A stretch of DNA of 58,523 bases, filler included, from Sluysia triapertura (taxonomy: Eukaryota): assembly GCA_046118255.1 (NCBI GenBank). It is 4 parts of 4 records of this genome, joined end to end, with 100 filler letters (N's around TTAATTAATTAA, not from the genome) between each part and the next. Parts side by side here need not be neighbours in the genome. Positions count along the whole stretch, not along the records: positions 30,137 to 46,043 come from JBJNIA010215253.1; positions 46,144 to 58,523 come from JBJNIA010115196.1; 2 more parts are not named here. One strand, 5' to 3'. A model generated the notes under the pieces. The model ran no database searches, was not told the origin of the DNA, and was given only the letters and a program-made list of their open reading frames with translations. The position numbers and the translations under genes were made by a program. Position 1 is the stretch's first letter. Every line of letters starts with the position of its first letter. Of the stretch, positions 39,721 to 51,939 are shown in pieces.

Positions 39721-40354
39721 GATAATTCATAAGTTTTCAACATTCAATCATACTTTCAGTCAAAGCATTTTAAAGCCATAATTTTACCACATTTCACAAT
39801 ATTATTTATACTATTAGGCAAAAGAAATAATATGTTAAGAAAGTAGATTAAATTAAAAGGAAGGCTCATGCATTTTAAATTATCACAAATACTCTACATA
39901 ATTTTATTATCATTATTGAAATTATCGTTATTGTTATTATTTGGCCAGCATTTTCAATTACATTTAATTATGCACTCTGTCACCAATCGGCAGCAATCTA
40001 ATTAAATTAATTTACTGTTTCGTTTAAACTGTTGATTGATGACAGATTCCAAGTTAATTTGCTTGTCACCATTTAACTATCTTAACTCTTTAGTAGTATG
40101 GTGACAAGCATGCATTGATGCAATCATGTTTATGTTGTATGACAATTGATTGGATGTCCAATCAAGTCCATCTCATCACTGCAGTTCTATCTATTGGGAT
40201 TACTCATCCAATCAGTGTAATCCACCTTTTTAATAATGGTAAGTGAAATATTGATTTTTATAGCACTATTTATCATTTATAAAGAATTAACGGCTGATCT
40301 TATTAAATATTTACTATATTCCGTATTTAAGTGTAAAGGATAAATAAATGAAAA

Positions 40355-40816
40355 TTGTTTTTACACGATATGTCTACGATAACAGAAAACTTATCAAAAA
40401 TTAGTGGATCCTTTTTATTTGAACCGCAAGACTATGTTGAACTTAGTAAAGTCGAAATTCAATTTATATTTGATGTGTTAATTTATGTTAATGAAACTAG
40501 TACACCAGAAGAAATTTTAGATTGTAATTCAGTTCTACGGCTTAGATTCCTTAAGAAGCTGTCTGAACAGAATGATAGCTATGATTTTGAAATTTCGTTA
40601 AAGTTATGTATAGACAGAACAATCAATATGGTATCATTCCCAATTCTTATGGATGAATTATTTAGTCATATTTGTATTTCTTATGAAACTGGATATGTTG
40701 GCAAAGATTTTCTTGATATCAATAGAAAAATATTGAATCGAATTAAGATTGAAATTGAAAAAGATGAAGAAGCTATGTTATTAAAAGATTATTTAAATTA
40801 TTTAAAATGTAATTAA
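40355..40816 (+). CDS. Intronless orphan ORF, 153 aa, acidic/helical (first ATG near 40370)
   Basis: Unusually long open frame with protein-like composition for this AT content. A second short ATG frame follows at about 40833. Family not recognised. Confidence 0.5.
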   Translation: MFLHDMSTITENLSKISGSFLFEPQDYVELSKVEIQFIFDVLIYVNETSTPEEILDCNSVLRLRFLKKLSEQNDSYDFEISLKLCIDRTINMVSFPILMDELFSHICISYETGYVGKDFLDINRKILNRIKIEIEKDEEAMLLKDYLNYLKCN

Positions 40817-41336
40817 TATTAAAACTACATATAATGAGTGTAACAGCAAATGTCAAAGCGGAACACAACAGAATGTGGCTAGAAGAATACAAAACTGTTT
40901 TCAGAATTTTGAACGATCAAAAGAAATCAAACCAGGCAGTAATCTTAATGAATACTTAAGTAAAACTCTTCAAAAGTCTCATTTATTAGGAAAATTTTGA
41001 TCATACTTAATTTAGACTTACCTGATGATTTAAAGTATTTTAAGTCATTTAATATTGATATATATGACGTAGGAATAAAAATTGCTTTTCAATTTTTAAT
41101 GTGCTGATTTATTTGAAACTATATGAAAATGTGGCGTTAAAACCCAAGTTTAAAACGATTTTTGTTACTGTATTATTTTTTCTACGTAATCAGTATAAAA
41201 TAATATATAAAATAATAGCTCAATTAATTATCAACAATATAGTTAATTTAAAAACTTTTTGGTGATTTTGTCATTAATGTACGCAGCGTGATTAGTAAAA
41301 ATTTGTGGAATTTTAAATTAAAAAATACATTACTAA

Positions 41337-41680
41337 ATATCTCACGAGAAATATAAAAATTTAAACAGTTTTGACGATGATTATAATTATGAAGATTATT
41401 ATGACGACGATGATCATCATCTAACTCATATGCATGGTGATTTATCAAATGATAGTAGATTGAGAAAGAATCGTTATAGTCAATCAGAAAGAAAGCGAAA
41501 AGTTAGTATTAAAAGTAGTTATAGAGAATTACGTGAGGATATTCCAACTTTGAGGGATAATGAGGGATCGCCTTCACTTATGTTGCAAAAAGCTGTTGAA
41601 TAAGTAAAGGAAATAAACATGTTAATTTAGAAAATAAATACTGTGCAATGGAGCAACAACTACAATATTTGTTGTTACCA
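41337..41680 (+). pseudogene. Max-like bHLH-leucine zipper, disrupted
   Basis: Acidic leader (FDDDYNYEDYYDDDD), then RKNRYSQSERKRKVSIKSSYRELREDIPTLRDNEGSPSLMLQKAVE*VKE, then after a frameshift NLENKYCAMEQQLQYL. Compare Max [50 protein letters not shown]...LEQQVRAL. TAA at 41601 replaces the conserved Tyr. Confidence 0.8.
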
Positions 41681-41840
41681 ACAATGTATACTGATATTAG
41701 CAAGGCAGTGGTTTTACCAGCTGGTTCTAGTTCAAATAACACTCACGGTGTTGTGCTAAACTGTAATACAAACGCCTAATATTTCCACAGGACCAATTAG
41801 TAATAATCAAGTTTTATCGGTTACTGCTACTCATCCAGGA

Positions 41841-42167
41841 TTGGGTTGTGTGACAAATGATGATAAGCACGCAAGTTATTTTTCGAATCGAAAAAGTCAT
41901 CATTATTCTCGTAGAAAGTTTAATGAAAAAGAAGATGATAATAAATCACGTCTTTTTAAATCCACATTATGTATGTATGAAACTTCGATAACAGGCCAAT
42001 GCATCAAGAATGGAAAATTTTGTCCCTCTGCTCACGGATTATATGAATTAGTACCAATTCCTGGTGTCAAATCAATCAATCTTTTGTGCTCACAAATTGA
42101 TGAATCAGAAATTAACTTAACAACACAAAAATACTTTGACAACAAAACTTTTTTAAAGTTCAAATGA
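41841..42167 (+). pseudogene. ZFP36/TIS11-type CCCH zinc-finger ORF (single finger), probably the 3' part of the Max-like frame
   Basis: RLFKSTLCMYETSITGQCIKNGKFCPSAHGLYEL is C-x9-C-x6-C-x3-H with a lead-in and AHG..EL tail like RYKTELC...CQFAHGLGEL. The finger lies at 41970-42035. Confidence 0.75.
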
Positions 42168-42389
42168 AGAGATGACCGTAGCATATCCAAGCATTTTAAA
42201 ACAATTTCTATTAGCAAAATGTTACCACATAAAACAAAATATTAATATATGCTTATTTACTGTAATTAATGAATGTATTCAGCATTGTATTAATCTTATT
42301 TTTAATAAATTTCAAATTTGTTAATTTAATAATAATTATAAAACATACAATTAATCACAATACCCCCAAAATCCATATTTATTTTGCAT

Positions 42390-42791
42390 AACTATATCGT
42401 CGAAATTGGTAATAACATCCATCCCATCTATTAATTCAAATGGACTATTATCCCATACATTTATTGGCACCACTATGCATTCGTTTAAAACTGATACTAG
42501 ACACTAATATCCCATTGATATTTATGGGCATGTGGTTAACATCGTAAACTAGAGTATTTAATTTATTTAACAAAGTCATTTCCCAGGTGTTTAAAATACT
42601 GATGTATCTATTACGGCTCTTATCCACCTGCCATTTAAATTTATGTTCTGAAATATATGAATTCGAAAATTCAATGAAGAGTTTATTATCATTAATACCT
42701 CTTTCTTTTTAACACATCTATTTCTTAGATTATATTCCAATTTACACCTGTTAGTGCGTACCACAAATGTTTCGGTGTTTATTTGGATCAT
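42390..42791 (-). pseudogene. Degenerate retropepsin-like aspartic protease
   Basis: NINLNGRWIRAVIDTSV resembles ING..V.ALIDTGA. Downstream, after stops/frameshifts, VPINVWDNSPFELIDGMDVI resembles DLILGMD. Confidence 0.65.
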
Positions 42792-43339
42792 TGATAAATA
42801 AATTAGCGGGTGCAGTTTTCATAACTTCATAGGGACTGTTGAACGATTTATTCAGTTTGGAGTGTTGTGATTTAAACAATAGGTGTAATCAACTAATAAT
42901 TCTTACTTAAAACCTTAATATTTCATCTTCTATAATTACTGAATCTTTCAACAAGTTATACTTAATATTTTGATTGTTATACACAATTATAGTTTTAATT
43001 ATTCAAGACTCATCATTTTGACCATTGTTTTATGCCTTACAGTTATGTTTGTTAAGACATGCCCGAATAAAAATATAAAAATATTTTAAATAGTTTAATT
43101 TAATTCAGTTTTTTTATTATATTAATCGTTGTTTTATTTAATAATCTATATCATTTTTAATTCTTTATGTCAGTTGAAAACTTTTATATTATATCTCTTT
43201 AATGACTTAATATAAATTTGTCCTGGGAGTTGAGTTAATACTCGTTTCTGTTGTTAAAGATGGAAATGCAATTTGTGATTATTGGTAGCCTTAAATCTTA
43301 TTCATCAATCCCGAATAATAAATTCAAATGACAAAGCAG

Positions 43340-43470
43340 CTACTAAATATTTAGTATTGTTTATTAATTCAAATGGATAAGAATGCTTCAATCGAATAAT
43401 TAAATAATTGTTATTGATAATCAATGAAATATCTCCAATTTGATATTAAAAATTATGGTGTTTTTTGATC
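43340..43470 (-). mobile_element. Possible gypsy integrase C-terminal (GPY/F) remnant
   Basis: NYQIGDISLIINN...RLKHSYPFELI resembles F.IGD.VL..N...KL...Y.GPF.I. Confidence 0.4.
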
Positions 43471-43803
43471 ATAAAAATTCTACATAGGTACATATTTTAA
43501 ATTTATTACATACATTTTAATATAGTTACAAATTATACAACAAATTTATTACAGTTTACAATTATTAATGAATTTTTACAAATATTAGTAATAAATTTTG
43601 ATACAATTCATATTAAAAAATTTTAATGAGTTTTAATACATATGGTTTATGGAATAACAATTTTAATAAGATCGGTTATATTATTGGAACAGTATGCTTA
43701 ATTTAAACTGATTATAATCGAAAGACTCATTAAATTATTTATATCATGACGAATTGATTATTTCGTCGGTATCCGTAATTATGATTACATTAACTTCTAT
43801 CAA

Positions 43804-44408
43804 AATTTACTTAGCACAATCAATAACGTAATTAATAGTTGCATAAAAAATAATAATCATTTAATAATAGTAATATCAATAATGAGCATATATTGACTTT
43901 CTTAATATATTCTTTAATATTGATATTTCGGTAACACAATATCTTTCATAATCTGTGTAACAATCATATAACATGTTCTTTTAATTATATATAAATTTAT
44001 GAGGTCTAAAATACAACATAAATTGTATTACCAAAAGTGTAAATATGAATTATATCGATAATGGTACAATAAATTAATTGTACGTTTTTTCATTTAATTT
44101 ATAATTTATTCGTTTGGATCTTTTATTGATAGTTCATTAAAATTGTTTGAAATACTAAATGAAGTAATGTGACTTTCTGAACCAATTTCACCAATAAATT
44201 ATCTTAATTAGGTTTCAATTAGGTTCACTAAATATAAGATCTGTGATTTCGAGTTTGGCGGTCGAACTAGTTTGTAAAATCTAGATTTGCACTACCATTT
44301 AATGTAATACATAAACTTTATACTCGAATTTATTAATAAATGGCTTTCTCGAAAATCTACGTTGAGTATATATCGTCCTAGCATGTATGAATTTAAGATG
44401 AAAATATT
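43804..44408 (+). repeat. ~600-bp direct repeat, copy A
   Basis: Near-identical blocks with 45093-45786, e.g. AATTTATTCGTTTGGATCTTTTATTGATAG and TTTGGCGGTCGAACTAG. Confidence 0.92.
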
Positions 44409-45092
44409 GCTAAAAGAGAAATTAACCTATAATTCGATAAAACTAATTAATGTTTTATAAATATTTGAGTTGTAAGTAGTACGTTGTGCCTCTGTATTTT
44501 AGTTCATTGTTTTTTAAATATTATTAAGTGCTTTAAAATACAATAGGCATTAAATTAGTTTAAGTTTAGTTTCTTTACAATGTTACTTTTTAACTTGTTT
44601 GTGATTGGAAGGACGAAAGTATACATTTTGTTTCACTTAATTCACTAGGATGTATGTAATAAATTTAATGTATACATATGTAAACACATACGTAGTACTG
44701 CGCACTACAGGCACTTGTATGGCAAATAAGGTGTTTTTGAATTCTTTTCTCTAATAATTTTTCCTTTAGTTAATTTCTATTATATGGGCAATTTCTTTCT
44801 ATAGTTACGATGAAGTTTCTACTAATGAAAGAAATCTATGATCATAAATGGAAAACTTAACTTAATGAGTTCGCTCTTTCACAAATCTTACAGTAAATGA
44901 TTTGTCGATATGATTTGCAATGTTACAGTTTCATGACAAAGATGGAGCGAAAATAATATGTAGTAGAGTTACAGTAAAGACATAGCTCGAAATTAGTTTA
45001 TAATTTTCAAAGTCTTTCGTCTATATTAATTCAACGGTGACCAGACTTTAATTTTCTTTATAAAATGAGGTATTACATTAATTTCTATTATT

Positions 45093-45786
45093 AATTTACT
45101 TACCACATAATCAATAACGTAATTAATAGTTGCATAATTAATTATAATATAAAAAATAATAATCATATAATAATAGTAACATTAATAATGAGAATATTGC
45201 TTTTATTAATATATTTTTTAATATTGATATTTTATTTACACTTTCGATAACACATCTTTCATAATCTGTATAACATCATACAGCGTGCTATGTATATAAA
45301 TTTATGAAGTCTAAAATGCAACAGAAATTGTATTACCAAAAATGTAAATATCAATTGGAATATCAAACATTACAAAATGTATCGATAATGGTATAGAAAA
45401 TTAATTGTACATTTCTTCATTTAATTTTTAATTTATTCGTTTGGATCTTTTATTGATAGTTCATTAAAATTGTTTGAAATCCTAAATGAAGTAATGTGAC
45501 TTTCTGAACCAATTTCACCAATAAATTATCTTAATTAGGTTTCAATTGCATTTGCGATGGCTTCCGATGGCTTCTGTCACTTCTATGAATGTTTTTTGTT
45601 CTCTAAATATAAGAACTGTGATTTCGAATTTGGCGGTCGAACTAGTTTGTAGAATCTAGATTTGCACTACTATTTAATGTAATGCATAAACTTTATACTC
45701 GAATTTATTAACAAATGGCTTTCTCGAAAATCTACGTTGAGTATAATATGTTGTCCTAACATGTGTGAATTTAAGATTAAAATATT
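45093..45786 (+). repeat. ~600-bp direct repeat, copy B (with small insertions)
   Basis: Matches copy A, with extra sequence at about 45548-45602. Confidence 0.92.
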
Positions 45787-45956
45787 TACCATTAAGTTAT
45801 TAAATGGTTAAAGTCTTAAGGACTGAGAACATTATTTATTAGATTACAGGATCACAAAATAGTCACTATAATCTATATTATCTATACAAACTATTGATAA
45901 AAATTTTGTATCAGAGACTAAAAACATAAAAATAATGATTTAAGCAAAGTGTTTGT

Positions 45957-46043
45957 TGTAGTGGCGAACACTCATAATTAAAATCTATCAAAATATCATA
46001 TTCAACATTTACAAATTAAATTTCACCAAAATTCAAATTTTAA
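45957..46043 (+). mobile_element. 5' fragment of the same LTR-like repeat at the contig end
   Basis: TGTAGTGGCGAACACTCA at 45957. Confidence 0.55.
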
Positions 46044-46143
46044 NNNNNNNNNNNNNNNNNNNNNNNNNNNNNNNNNNNNNNNNNNNNTTAATTAATTAAN
46101 NNNNNNNNNNNNNNNNNNNNNNNNNNNNNNNNNNNNNNNNNNN
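46044..46143. other. Artificial contig-joining spacer
   Basis: 44 N + TTAATTAATTAA + 44 N. Confidence 0.97.
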
Positions 46144-47600
46144 AAAAATTATAGTTAAAGATTTACATTTAGTATATTTAAAGTCTTATTGAGCTTCAGT
46201 TTTAAGGCACCAAGCAAGATTATCATTTAATAGTTCACGATCCATTTTTTTGTGCATCAATACTTAAAGCAAATAATTAAACTCCAGAATTAGGGTATTA
46301 GACAAGGTTAACACTTAAATAAGTTAAATATCTACTTTAAAATCCAACGGCTGGCCCTCACTGGTAAGTCCAGTACGTTGGTGAACTCACATTAAAACTC
46401 TTTATTCTATTCTTTATAATTCTCACAATAGTAGTACTTATTAAACTTTATTATAGTAATTTGAATATTGATCAACCATTATTTTCCTCCTAAATTACTT
46501 CTCACAATTAGATAACAATCATTACTATTAATAACATATGTAGAAATAATGAATTTAACATTAGTTTTTTGAATTCAATTAATTTTCAGTTATTGACACT
46601 CAATTTTCTAATGGAAATTGTTTAAGATTCTTATTCTCAAATACATCAATCTTAAAACATGTTATATTAATTTCTAGATTCTCCACTTTCATAGCAATAA
46701 TCTCATATTCAATTCAAAAGATGAAAATTGTACTTTTTAGAGTTAATTAAAATTTGACTTTACTCAATCTTAAGGCTTTTCTTGCATGGACTCGGTCAAA
46801 CATTTCTTCATCGAAAGATCTCACCTAAATAATTGCATGCACAATTACAGCTTTGTCATACCACTCCACATTCAAATGTACTTTTATTAATTAGTTAATT
46901 AAAATTTTAATTAATTAATCTATTTTAAGCTTAAAGGTTCTAATAAGGTTCTAATGTTGTTCGGTACTTTATAAAGCATTCAGGGGTTTCTAGGTGCCTT
47001 CATCTTCACCACTCCGATTCCTTTTTCTATCAAATTTATCTTTAATATTGGTAACGATATTTTTATTTAACAAATATTTTCAAGATTTCAAAAACTTTAT
47101 AAGCTCATCAAGGTTTCAAAGATTCTTAAAGATTGATGCGATTTTCAATAGTTTCAAGGTTCATAGTCAAAGAGAAATTTAATGCTTCAAAACGTTATCA
47201 AACTAATCGCAAATGTTATCAAGGGTGACAACACTTCACAAAGGTCTTCCTCAAGCCTCAGAATAACTGTATATATTTTCATCCTCATAATTTGTTCTTA
47301 AGCAATGTCTAATTACGTTTTTTGAATTATTTTTTCAACAGCATAATTATTCCAACAAAAAATGATCGTGTACTAATATATTGAATGACTACAAAGTATT
47401 TTCATCTATTTAAAACATAAAATATTTTAGAGTCAGAATTCTGCTGTATTTAATAAAGACAAATCCATTTCGAGTTGAAAATTTAGTTTATGTTTGAAAA
47501 GTATTGTTAGTTATAAATGTTACATGAACAAAAACAATCACACTTTCTAACAATGTCATCACAACATTGGAGAGAAGATGGAATAGTCTCAGCAACGAGT
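46144..47600 (-). repeat. Long dispersed repeat (homolog of 10.85-11.8 kb; also carries the GTGAGT motif)
   Basis: Block similarity as above; motif at 46340-46390. Confidence 0.7.
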
Positions 47601-47917
47601 ACAATTAAAAATAAAATATCAATTATTCTAAAATTCAAGATACTCAATTTATAAGTTTTATTTTTAGAAATAAATGTATTTGTGTTTTCGGTTTTAAAAG
47701 ACTTCCTTAATAAGAGTCATTTTGCAATTTTGAAAATAATATTTTTAAATTACTAAATAACCAGTTGCGATCAATCATTCGAATGTACATGTACTATGAA
47801 ATATGAAATATTAGGACCGTTAATTAAAGGATGGGAATCTTCCTAATTCTAATCAGAATCATAATTATATAAAATTGAACTTGATTAAGGTTTGTTAATA
47901 TTATATTTGAATTTCTT

Positions 47918-47935
47918 TTAGATTGTATAGTCTTC
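47918..47935 (-). CDS. FLOT1: Probable terminal exon of flotillin-1 (EDYTI*)
   Basis: A 57-nt intron gtaagt...attatag (47992-47936) is followed by GAA GAC TAT ACA ATC TAA in the correct phase. Confidence 0.5.
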   Translation of the reverse strand, partial: EDYTI

Positions 47936-47992
47936 CTATAATTTCTCGAAAATTACGATATGCAATAGAAATAAATAAAATTTAAAACTTAC

Positions 47993-48199
47993 ATCTTTCA
48001 TGTTAAATCCAGTTATTTTTTCAATTGTTTCCGGAAGACGCTCCATAATTTCCAATATCTCATGCGTTAATTTTGATGCTCCAACTTTTCCGGAACCAGA
48101 TGAAATCATAGAAATTTCGTCACACTGGGACAAAGGTGCTGCTACTTCAGCAGCCAATTGTGGAAGCATTTCTAAGAATAAATTCAATCTGGCAGCTTC
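47993..48199 (-). CDS. FLOT1: Flotillin-1, C-terminal coding exon (207 nt, phase 0/0)
   Basis: ttttag|GAA...GAT|gtaagt encodes EAARLNLFLEMLPQLAAEVAAPLSQCDEISMISSGSGKVGASKLTHEILEIMERLPETIEKITGFNMKD. This matches the flotillin-1 tail (LPQVAxEVAAPL...SSGSG..GAxKLTGE..I...LPE.VE..TG). I did not find the upstream exons in 48200-58523. Confidence 0.93.
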
Positions 48200-50562
48200 C
48201 TAAAATAAGAACATTAATGTTAGTTTGATTATATTGCTTTTGTTTTGTAACATTGTATTATTATTTCGAAGTTTTCCAAAAGTCCAAATTTTAAAGTATT
48301 AGTTTTTAATTTGGTGGTGTGATAACAAAAGCAAAATTTACCTCATAAAAGACAATTTATCAGAAATGTGGAATTTTTACTTTTGTAATTAATATAATTT
48401 GTTTATTGTAAATATATAATCACGGTATCTAAGAACTTATCAGGAAAGTACACCCTTCTCGTTTTCAATGAGAATGTATTAATATAAGATTGGTTTGAAT
48501 AAAATTAAATAGTTAATAAAGAATAAAAAAGCTTTGTTTTCTGTCATTTTTTCATATAATTGAAAATTGTTGGGAAAATTGTTTTAGTGAAAATTAAAGA
48601 AAATATTTTTGGTCTTTTTTGTGAAATTTTTAATGCGCTTTTCTGCGTAATGTATTTTCTGCCTGAAAGAGGTAGATATATAATGATGATTTATTACGAA
48701 TTAAATATTCGATGTTTGCTTTTTATTAAAAAAAAACAAAACATTACATAAAAGCAACATTCCAGGATAAGAGATATCTTTAATTTTCATTTAACATTAA
48801 ATGTTTTGCCGCATATTTCGCGGCAAGTCTAAAGTGTTTAGAAAATTTACTAAAAGTTAAAACAAGTCAGATTTTGGAAAAAGCCTTATTGCATTATTTT
48901 TTCGTTTAAACCATTGCTGAACTTTTCCTTTAATGATAGATGTTTCTGAAGAAAATGTTTTGTGTAATGAAGGCGGTAGGTTGTCATCACAAATCGTATA
49001 ATGTTGCAAACATAAATTTAACTATTGAGATCATAATGCTTTGTATAAAATAACCATTTTAAATTGAGATTACGTAGAAGTAAAATAAAATCAAAATTTA
49101 GTAAGAAATAACAATCATTTTAAATTGAAATTGTATAGAGTAATCATGAATAAAGATAACATAAAATCAAAATTTATAAACATTAAACTCTACTACTACA
49201 GCTGATTAAACAAAAAAATCATTCTAAATTAAGATTAGATAAAATTAATATGAAATTAAAATTTAAGAGCATAATATTCAATCAAAATGATTTTAAAAAC
49301 AAAATTTAGAATATTCTGTAAATAAAATAAAATGTTAAATTAGGACTATGTAATCAAAACTTAAACAACATCATACTCATTGAAAACCATGTTGAATTAA
49401 AATGAGACAGAATAGATAAGAAACAGTATGATATTTAAGTTTAAAAATATTATGATCGACAAAAACTATCTTAAATTATGATTGAATAAAAATAATAAGA
49501 AATTAAAATTTAATATCACATTTTCATTCAGACTAAAATATAATGTGTATTTATTATATTCTAAAATTGATTCATGAATATTCTATTATTACATTTATTG
49601 AAATATTTATATTATTATTAGCTGAAACAACACTTTATTATACATATTATGATATAGGATTTACATTCTATACTTTGTGAATGTATAGAATAACACTAAA
49701 TTATTAACACTGTATTACGAATTATAACTACTATTTATTATTTTTGATTAAAATAAAATAGTACACTGTAATATATCAGACTAAAATTATTGCGATAATA
49801 TAAATAGCACCAGCAACAACGTACAAAAGAAAAATTTTTAAATTTTACTGAATATTTTTACGATTTTGACTGAAGCCAAGAATTAATATGAGGAATTTAC
49901 TGGTGATCGATAAAAAGAATTTTCAGAACTTAATTAATATAAAGGATTTAGCGAGCGAATAATTTACTAAAAATTTTCCAGGGATCACATTATATATCAA
50001 TTGATTTTTGATACGAAAAATTTCGGGATCTTGATATTTTTATTATTGATTAAAAGTTTTATAGCTGGTAAGCATTTTATGTAAATGGTATTTTATAATT
50101 TAAGCTGATAAATAAAATCTCTATTCTATTATATTGTAAAAATTTTGTTATTTTGTTATAACATAAATAAACTCATTACAGTTTAATTTGTTTTTAACAA
50201 CGTACAAAAGGGATTGAAAAGTTAGACTGAACGTAAAATATTTTAAAAAGTAAAATAAAAATTTTAAAGTGAAATAAAGTTAAACAAAGCTTTCAAACAA
50301 CATTAAAGTGCAACTGAATAAACCCAGGAATTTAAATAAATAAAATGTATAAAATTTCAAAGAACCAATGTTTATTAAGCATTTCCACCTCAAACAGCTA
50401 AGACTCACGACCAAAAGATAAGCATTTTGATTGAGTTAGACTTAAACAAGTTAGGTGAATTAATGTTATTTGACAGAACCTATACAATTAAAAGAACTCA
50501 TCATAGAGAACAATTGACAGTGCAATAAATCTACATACACAAATTACACTTTATAATTTGTA

Positions 50563-50563
50563 C

Positions 50564-50617
<54 letters not shown>

Positions 50618-50635
50618 GTAATAATAAAGTAATAA
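50563..50635. repeat. (AAT)n microsatellite
   Basis: Seen directly. Confidence 0.95.
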
Positions 50636-51939
50636 TTAAATAGTCGCATAGAATTATCAATAATAATTTCAAAATAATACTGATAATAGTAGAAAAATAA
50701 TAATAATTTCAAAAATTAACAATCAAATTAAGTCAAAGAAAATAACTATAAATACTCATTCTGTTTCATAACAAACAAGGGAGAAAGTGAATACATCGTT
50801 GATTCTAAAAGATTGTTTATAAATAAAACGAAAATTACATTAAATATTCCAGTTTTTTATTGAAAATGTCAAAGCTTGTAATTATAAGCTTATGTTAATA
50901 CACGCAACTTATTCTTGACTAATATCGCTTGAAATCTTTTTGCACTAATCGAAAATAAATTAAATATTTCTCACAATCGTCGAAACATGGTAGGATTGCA
51001 GATTTCCACTTAAAAATTTCTCTCAGTGTAGTAAAAAGATCGTTATCTAACAACCAATCAAATATCGTCCTTTCGAATAAAAATTTTGAGATTATTGTAT
51101 TAATTTTGATTTTTCTTTTACAAAATTCTCTAATGTTTACATTAAATAAATGGCATTCCATCTTTCTAATAAAAATTTCAAAAATAATATTGCACATAAA
51201 AATTCAGCATTTCTCATTCTAAGTCAACTTTTATATTAAAATCAAACTCGTATACATAACATCGTAAAATATCACACCATTCATAGTTAATAATATTGAT
51301 ACGAATAGGCTATAAGCATAGAATTAATATTATTATTATTATATTACTAAAATCATCATCATTATTATTATATTACTAAAATCATTATTATTATTATTAT
51401 TTCATTAATTTCTGTATATTATTATTTCAATGATAATAGTAATAATCTAACTTATTTGGCTAACATCATAATTGATTGATAATACCCTCATTCCAAAAAA
51501 TTTAAATAAGTTACAGTTAATAATAAATATTCCGAGAATTCAAAATAATAACAAGTTAACAGCAATTTTATTTTAACATTTAACTTTTATGCACCCAGAA
51601 TCGATAGTCTCTTATAAATTTATAAAAGTATCAATAATAATATATTCTTACTCTTATAAATTGATAAAAATAAAAATAAAAATAAAAATAATAATAATAA
51701 TAATAATAATGACAAAAGAATCACTAGTTTAATTTGATAAGATTTCTTATCTGGTCTGGAGTTCACCTAATACATACGACTTATATTTGACCGAATGCGG
51801 TCTATTAGGATTTTTAATGTGCTTGAAAGAATGCTAACTAAGCTTGACAATTAAGACGTCATCATACGCCGTATCAAGTTAATGTCAAATGAATTAATAG
51901 GTTGCACTACTCGATCGAGCTAAACTTTAATACAGATTA

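Noticed and set aside
48000-48203. Plus-strand 67-aa ORF
   Set aside because: Antisense shadow of the flotillin-1 exon.
48806-48826. Hairpin TTGCCGC/GCGGCAA as a terminator or Helitron end
   Set aside because: Intrinsic terminators are not relevant in this genome and there is no proper CTAG|T end.
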